64,000 bases of DNA from a virus (taxonomy: Duplodnaviria; Caudoviricetes), in IMG/VR virus record IMGVR_UViG_3300009787_000007, positions 1-64,000 of that record; one strand, 5' to 3'. The position numbers were made by a program, and so were the translations under genes. Below are positions 59,296-64,000 of this stretch, piece by piece (the first letter of the stretch is position 1; each line of letters starts with the position of its first letter). The notes under the pieces were generated by a model, which saw only the letters and a program-made list of their open reading frames with translations, searched no databases and was not told where the DNA came from.

Positions 59296-59793
59296 TTAAA
59301 TATATTCAATTAAATTAGGTAATAATTTATCATGTTTAAAATCTATTGCACAGATATCTATCCATGATTTCTTAGAAATTAATGGACATCTAGAATCTAA
59401 ATCAATATAAGATATAAAAGGTGTTTTACTTCTCTCTATAATTACTTTTTTTGCACTAGTTTTACCTACATACTTAATAGCAGCTAATTCATCTTCTGAA
59501 CATTCATTAATATAAATCTTTTCTATCTTTACTTCAGTTAGTTCAGGTAAAATCTCTGTTTCTTTATAATCTAAATTCATATTAAATTTCTGTACAGGCA
59601 TAGCTATTTCAATATTACTAGCAGTTAAAGCTATTTCTACATCTTCTAATGTCATTATTGTTTTCATTCTAGCTTCTGCTATATCTATTAAATCCTCTCT
59701 ATATATTCCTGGTTTAATTATCACTCCATTCATATCTATATACGCTATATGAATCTTATAATGTCTATACTCTTTATCTTCTTTATTATTCAT
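59296..59793 (-). CDS. protein with C-terminal helix-hairpin-helix (ComEA-like) DNA-binding domain
   Basis: KIYINECSEDELAAIKYVGKTSAKKVIIERSKTPFISYIDL matches the ComEA HhH consensus (ININ.AS.EEL..L.G(I/V)G...A..I...R...F.S..DL). Confidence 0.75.
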   Translation of the reverse strand: MNNKEDKEYRHYKIHIAYIDMNGVIIKPGIYREDLIDIAEARMKTIMTLEDVEIALTASNIEIAMPVQKFNMNLDYKETEILPELTEVKIEKIYINECSEDELAAIKYVGKTSAKKVIIERSKTPFISYIDLDSRCPLISKKSWIDICAIDFKHDKLLPNLIEYI

Positions 59794-59811
59794 AACTAAA
59801 TTTTATTTATA

Positions 59812-59847
59812 TAAAAATAGATAGCATAGATTAACTATACTATCTAT
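59812..59847 (-). terminator. intrinsic terminator after the major capsid gene
   Basis: 13-bp stem ATAGATAGTATAG/CTATGCTATCTAT (one G-U pair) followed by U5 on the minus strand. Confidence 0.7.
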
Positions 59848-59914
59848 ATCATATCACTCTAAACTAAATACTCTAACTCTTACTTCAATTAGTAACTTTT
59901 TACTAATATTACTA

Positions 59915-61108
59915 TTAATAATTAGTATATGATTGTCCTGAAAACTCGAAGTCTGCAAGATTCTGAGTTGTTTGTAGATTAGCAATTGTTGTTACTTGTC
60001 TACAAAATCCTCTCTTAGCTATAGCTGGTGCTGTAATTATCATCATTGAAGCTGTAGCTGTAATATCTAATGGAGGTTCTTTCGATTCTTCATATGTTCT
60101 TTGATATATTCCTGCTTTACCAGCATTTTCTAATGTTCCACCTAATACTCTTTCTGCCATTCCTTTCTTTAAGAATACTACTTTAGATGGGTCTAAGAAT
60201 CTTACTGGATGATTCATACCATCATTAGCTGTATCTAATGAGAAGAAATCATCAACTAAAGTAATTGGAGGTAAAAATCTTCTTCTTAATACTTCATTTA
60301 ATTGATCTACACTTACAGTTCCAGTAATTGTTGAACCAACTGTTAATGATGCTACTACAGCTTCTCTAGTTGAATCTTGTCTTAGTAACATATTAAGTAA
60401 TTGTTCAGACATTGCTATCTCATCTGCTCCAAATCCATTATCGAATTTGTAAACATAGTGCATATCTACTAAATCTTGTATACCATTAGCTGTACTAAAC
60501 TGTGTCCAATCTCTAGTACCAGTTAATGCAGCAGGGAAGTGATTATAGATAGCTGTAATAGCTGGTTTCCAATCCATATTAATAGCTAAACCTGTTCTAG
60601 TATCACTATATGCCATCGCACCAGTTTGTAATACCTGCCAAGCTAGATAATCTAGTAAATTAACATGACCTCTTACTAATGATTGAATAGTACCAAAGAT
60701 CATTTCAGCTAAACTATTATCTTGACCTATAGATATCTTACCTTCACCTACACTAATATTCTGTACTGTAATACCTCTAGCTGCTGCAAATTCTTTTACT
60801 TCTTTTAATTTCCATTGAATATCTTCAGTCCATTCGTGTTTCAATGCTGCTTTGAATAATCTTGTAGCAATTTGATTGAATTGACCTTTTTTAGTTGATG
60901 GATATTCAGCACCAAATGAAATTAGAGAAGCAATTGGATCAATTTGCATTGTAACATATGCTAACCAATCTCTACCTTCTTTAGTCTTCATTGGTACATA
61001 CTTATCTAATACTTTAGACCTTTCTTTTAATTGTCTTAAAGTATTATCAACTACTAGATTCGCTGTTCTAGCTTGTCTCTGTTCTTGTAACCAACTTTCA
61101 ACGTACAT
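59915..61108 (-). CDS. major capsid protein (HK97 fold, lambda gpE-like family)
   Basis: 397 aa; LAWQVLQTG, GIQDL, ADEIAMS..LL..LL and LDPSKVVFL patterns; AAGGA SD; followed by a terminator. Confidence 0.85.
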   Translation of the reverse strand: MYVESWLQEQRQARTANLVVDNTLRQLKERSKVLDKYVPMKTKEGRDWLAYVTMQIDPIASLISFGAEYPSTKKGQFNQIATRLFKAALKHEWTEDIQWKLKEVKEFAAARGITVQNISVGEGKISIGQDNSLAEMIFGTIQSLVRGHVNLLDYLAWQVLQTGAMAYSDTRTGLAINMDWKPAITAIYNHFPAALTGTRDWTQFSTANGIQDLVDMHYVYKFDNGFGADEIAMSEQLLNMLLRQDSTREAVVASLTVGSTITGTVSVDQLNEVLRRRFLPPITLVDDFFSLDTANDGMNHPVRFLDPSKVVFLKKGMAERVLGGTLENAGKAGIYQRTYEESKEPPLDITATASMMIITAPAIAKRGFCRQVTTIANLQTTQNLADFEFSGQSYTNY

Positions 61109-61295
61109 TTATATATATATTCCTTTTAATTTTTAATTAACTATAAATTTTATTTATTCTTATTTATTAATTCTATTAATATTTACTTAACTATAATTAA
61201 ATATATTTTGTATATACTTTTATATACTTAATTATAGTATAAATTAATTAACTACATATTCAATACTTAATATTCAGTAATTAAACACTTAAATA

Positions 61296-62207
61296 TTACT
61301 TATAGAAGTAAGCATTAATATTTAGACCTATAAACATTCTCTTTAATTGCATATCAATATAAGGTAAGTTATTTTGATATACACCATCTGCATTAGTAAT
61401 AGGTGCAATAAATTCTGTAGGAACCATAGTGAAATCTAAAGGTTCTGAGTAAATACCTAGAATTTTATTGTATTTCAATCCTACTGGAGTATTAATAGGT
61501 AATGCTTGTGTTGCATTTCCACTTAATGTAACTACTCTTTGACCAGCAGTATTAGGACTAGCTATACTTGCAATAGTTCCTAATGGAATTATAGAATCTC
61601 CTAAGTAACTATGCTCTGTACTTACAACTACTCCTTGTAATGCACCATCAGTTGAATTAGTAGCAATAGAATATGAGTCAATACCATAAAATAGTAATGA
61701 ACCTGTAATTCCTCTCTGAGTTACTGTAGTCTGACTATCAGTAAACATCTGTGTAGCATTAGCTGATACAAATGCAGCAGCAACACTAGCTAATGTAGGA
61801 CTAGCTGGTACAGTTACACTATATGCAATATTATTAATTGCAATAGTAATTATGTCTCCAGCAGTTGGTGTACCTTGTAATACTACTTCTGCATAACAAG
61901 CTTGAGCATATAATACATCACCTACTTCAAATGAGAATGATGGAGCATTTAATGTAACACTTGTAGAATTAGTAGCTGTAGCTGCACCTAATCTAGTTCT
62001 AGGTAAACATCTAGTAGCGTTACCTGTAGTATTACCTGAAGACATTTGTACATTTGCAATAAACATACCTTCAGGTACTAATCTTTGTAGATTTACATCT
62101 GGTAATACATCTGCTTGGTATAAAGGCACTGAGAATGGCGCTCTCATGCAATTTAAACCGTATAGAATTGGTTTACCGTTAAAAAACTTTTGAATAGTTA
62201 AATACAT
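61296..62207 (-). CDS. head decoration/cement protein (gpD-like, with inserted domain)
   Basis: 303 aa, directly upstream of the capsid gene; VPEGMFIA...GVYQNNLPY.D framing a T/A-rich insert. Confidence 0.6.
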   Translation of the reverse strand: MYLTIQKFFNGKPILYGLNCMRAPFSVPLYQADVLPDVNLQRLVPEGMFIANVQMSSGNTTGNATRCLPRTRLGAATATNSTSVTLNAPSFSFEVGDVLYAQACYAEVVLQGTPTAGDIITIAINNIAYSVTVPASPTLASVAAAFVSANATQMFTDSQTTVTQRGITGSLLFYGIDSYSIATNSTDGALQGVVVSTEHSYLGDSIIPLGTIASIASPNTAGQRVVTLSGNATQALPINTPVGLKYNKILGIYSEPLDFTMVPTEFIAPITNADGVYQNNLPYIDMQLKRMFIGLNINAYFYK

Positions 62208-62276
62208 TCTGTTATATTTCCTTTTATATATCTTTAATTTTATTCTCAGTAACTATACTTAATCTTATATTTACTA

Positions 62277-63131
62277 TTAATCAATTAAGTTAAGTGCAAA
62301 ATTATCTCCAAATATAGCATCGATATCACCTTCAACAGCTTTATCTAAACTAGCTGAGAATTGAGCTACATTTACATCTTTCTCACTTAATGAATAATCT
62401 TTAAATTCTACAAACTGAGAAGCATCATTAATAAACTGTAGAGCAAATTCAGCAGCAAATAGCATTACATCGATAGGAACATTATGTGTTTCTGCCATCT
62501 GTGCAAATCTAGCTACTCTATCATCACTAGCTGAGAAATTACCTACTAACATCGCTTTATGTGCTGGAGGTAAAATACCTTCATTTACTAAACTTTCAGC
62601 AGCTACATTTAAGTTATTTAGTCTATTTGAAATAGCACTATAAATCTCAAAATTAGCTAACTTTTGTTCAATTTCATTGATTCTTTGAAATTCTGCTGTA
62701 TTCATATTATTTCTGTTATATTGTTCAGTTTGCTTTACTTCTTCTTCACTTGGATAATGCTTCTCTTCTTCTCCTGTATCTCCTTCACTCATTCCTGCTT
62801 CTGGAGATTCAGAATTACCTTTCATTGCTTCATGCTGCTCAATCTGTTCAATTAATGCTTTCTTATCATCTTGATCTACAGCATCAGCTACATTTACAAT
62901 TACTTCTAAATCATGTTCATCTGCATCAGGAAAAGCATCTATAATAGCAGCTAGTAAATTCTCATCTTCTACTATATGTTTACCTTTTATAATACCAACT
63001 ACTTCTTCTTCACTTAATCCACTTGTCTGTACTAAAGCTTGTATACCTTGATCTATATCTCCACCATACTGAGATTCAATTAGGTCTAATAGTAATTCTC
63101 CAAATGGATTGCTAGGATTTAATTCTTCCAT
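62277..63131 (-). CDS. capsid scaffolding protein
   Basis: 284 aa, highly acidic and helical, upstream of the decoration and capsid genes. Confidence 0.55.
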   Translation of the reverse strand: MEELNPSNPFGELLLDLIESQYGGDIDQGIQALVQTSGLSEEEVVGIIKGKHIVEDENLLAAIIDAFPDADEHDLEVIVNVADAVDQDDKKALIEQIEQHEAMKGNSESPEAGMSEGDTGEEEKHYPSEEEVKQTEQYNRNNMNTAEFQRINEIEQKLANFEIYSAISNRLNNLNVAAESLVNEGILPPAHKAMLVGNFSASDDRVARFAQMAETHNVPIDVMLFAAEFALQFINDASQFVEFKDYSLSEKDVNVAQFSASLDKAVEGDIDAIFGDNFALNLID

Positions 63132-63389
63132 ATCTATATATTAATTTTTTAATTTCGTTTTAAACTATCTAAAATATCTAAACTGTCTAAACTTCTTTGT
63201 TTATATGTCTATTATTACTTTATGTACCATTAACTGATGTTTTACTAATATATTCTTATATATATTTCATATATTAATATACTACTACATTTACTTGATT
63301 TATGTATAAAAATATTATACTTGTTTAATACTTATCTAATTACTATTTACTATTTACTAATTAGTATTTAACTGTTAACTATTTTCTAA

Positions 63390-64000
63390 CTAATTTCCCA
63401 CATCCATATAATTTTTAGATTCTGGAGATATGCTAGAACAAGCTACTCTATAACCACAAGTCATATCTTTATTTCTCATTCCACTACCTTTATTAGCTAA
63501 AGCATTTGTAGCTACATTTATATCTCCAGTCTTCATATTTGAAGTATTAGTAATTCCATCTGTTTTATGTTTCTTAGAATCAGATGTATTATCTTCTTTA
63601 CCTCTATAGTTATCTAACTTATTCTGTGTAGTATTTTCTTTATCCTCTTGTATATTGAATTTAGCTGTCTTTCTACTATTACTAAATCCATTCTGAGTAG
63701 GTTGAGTAGTATTTACATTACTCGGATTCATAGGTTGAGTTTGATTAGATTGATTTCCACCACCAGCTAATCTATATCCTCCATAACCTACACCTGCTCC
63801 TATACCTAATGCTCCATATCCAGTTAAGGCATTTTCACCATCTGTAGGTTCTATTCCACCTATAGCTTTATTTATTCCTTCTCCTGCATTAGTAACTGCT
63901 CCATGTATTTTCTGTCCAACATTTTGAGCATTTTGAGCTATATTTTGTAGAAATCCAGGTTTCTTAGCATTACCTTGAGCTACATTAGCTACTCCTTCTA
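63390..64000 (-). CDS. Gly-rich protein, partial (start lies beyond the window end)
   Basis: The tracked ORF 63390..63731 stays open in frame to the window edge: ...EGVANVAQGNAKKPGFLQN...GYGALGIGAGVGYGGYRLAGGG...QPMNPSNVN... Confidence 0.7.
   Translation of the reverse strand, partial: EGVANVAQGNAKKPGFLQNIAQNAQNVGQKIHGAVTNAGEGINKAIGGIEPTDGENALTGYGALGIGAGVGYGGYRLAGGGNQSNQTQPMNPSNVNTTQPTQNGFSNSRKTAKFNIQEDKENTTQNKLDNYRGKEDNTSDSKKHKTDGITNTSNMKTGDINVATNALANKGSGMRNKDMTCGYRVACSSISPESKNYMDVGN

Overview
A very AT-rich window (about 25% GC by eye) from a tailed dsDNA phage genome, read with the standard genetic code and probably a long-tailed siphovirus. A cyanobacterial host is inferred from the P60/P-SSP7-type class I ribonucleotide reductase. 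Positions 1-12.9 kb hold replication and nucleotide-metabolism genes: YspA/SLOG fragment, PD-(D/E)xK exonuclease, Zn-finger/TOPRIM primase, RecA-type helicase, family A DNA polymerase and RNR alpha/beta. An accessory block in the same stretch carries an Hsp20 fusion, a degenerate tRNA-Met, an NDT-MazG fusion and DUF4326. Positions 12.9-64 kb are mostly minus-strand virion genes: scaffold, decoration protein, major capsid, neck, a tail chaperone with a -1 frameshift, a 2131-aa tape measure, many LamG/FN3/Ig/beta-propeller fibres, two tandem receptor-binding paralogs and a displaced portal. RuvC, a HAD phosphatase, a GAF-domain holin candidate and several small orphan genes are interspersed. No terminase, integrase, reverse transcriptase, CRISPR array or endolysin was recognised. 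The most unusual signals are four. (i) An FN3 domain appears to be split between two fibre genes 22 kb apart, and the second gene also needs a +1 frameshift. (ii) An N-glycosidase/pyrophosphatase fusion could destroy a specific nucleotide in two steps. (iii) Short peptide motifs recur across head-module and orphan proteins. (iv) A lone GC-rich, cos-like element sits near the portal. All family calls come from motif recognition by eye, not from database searches.
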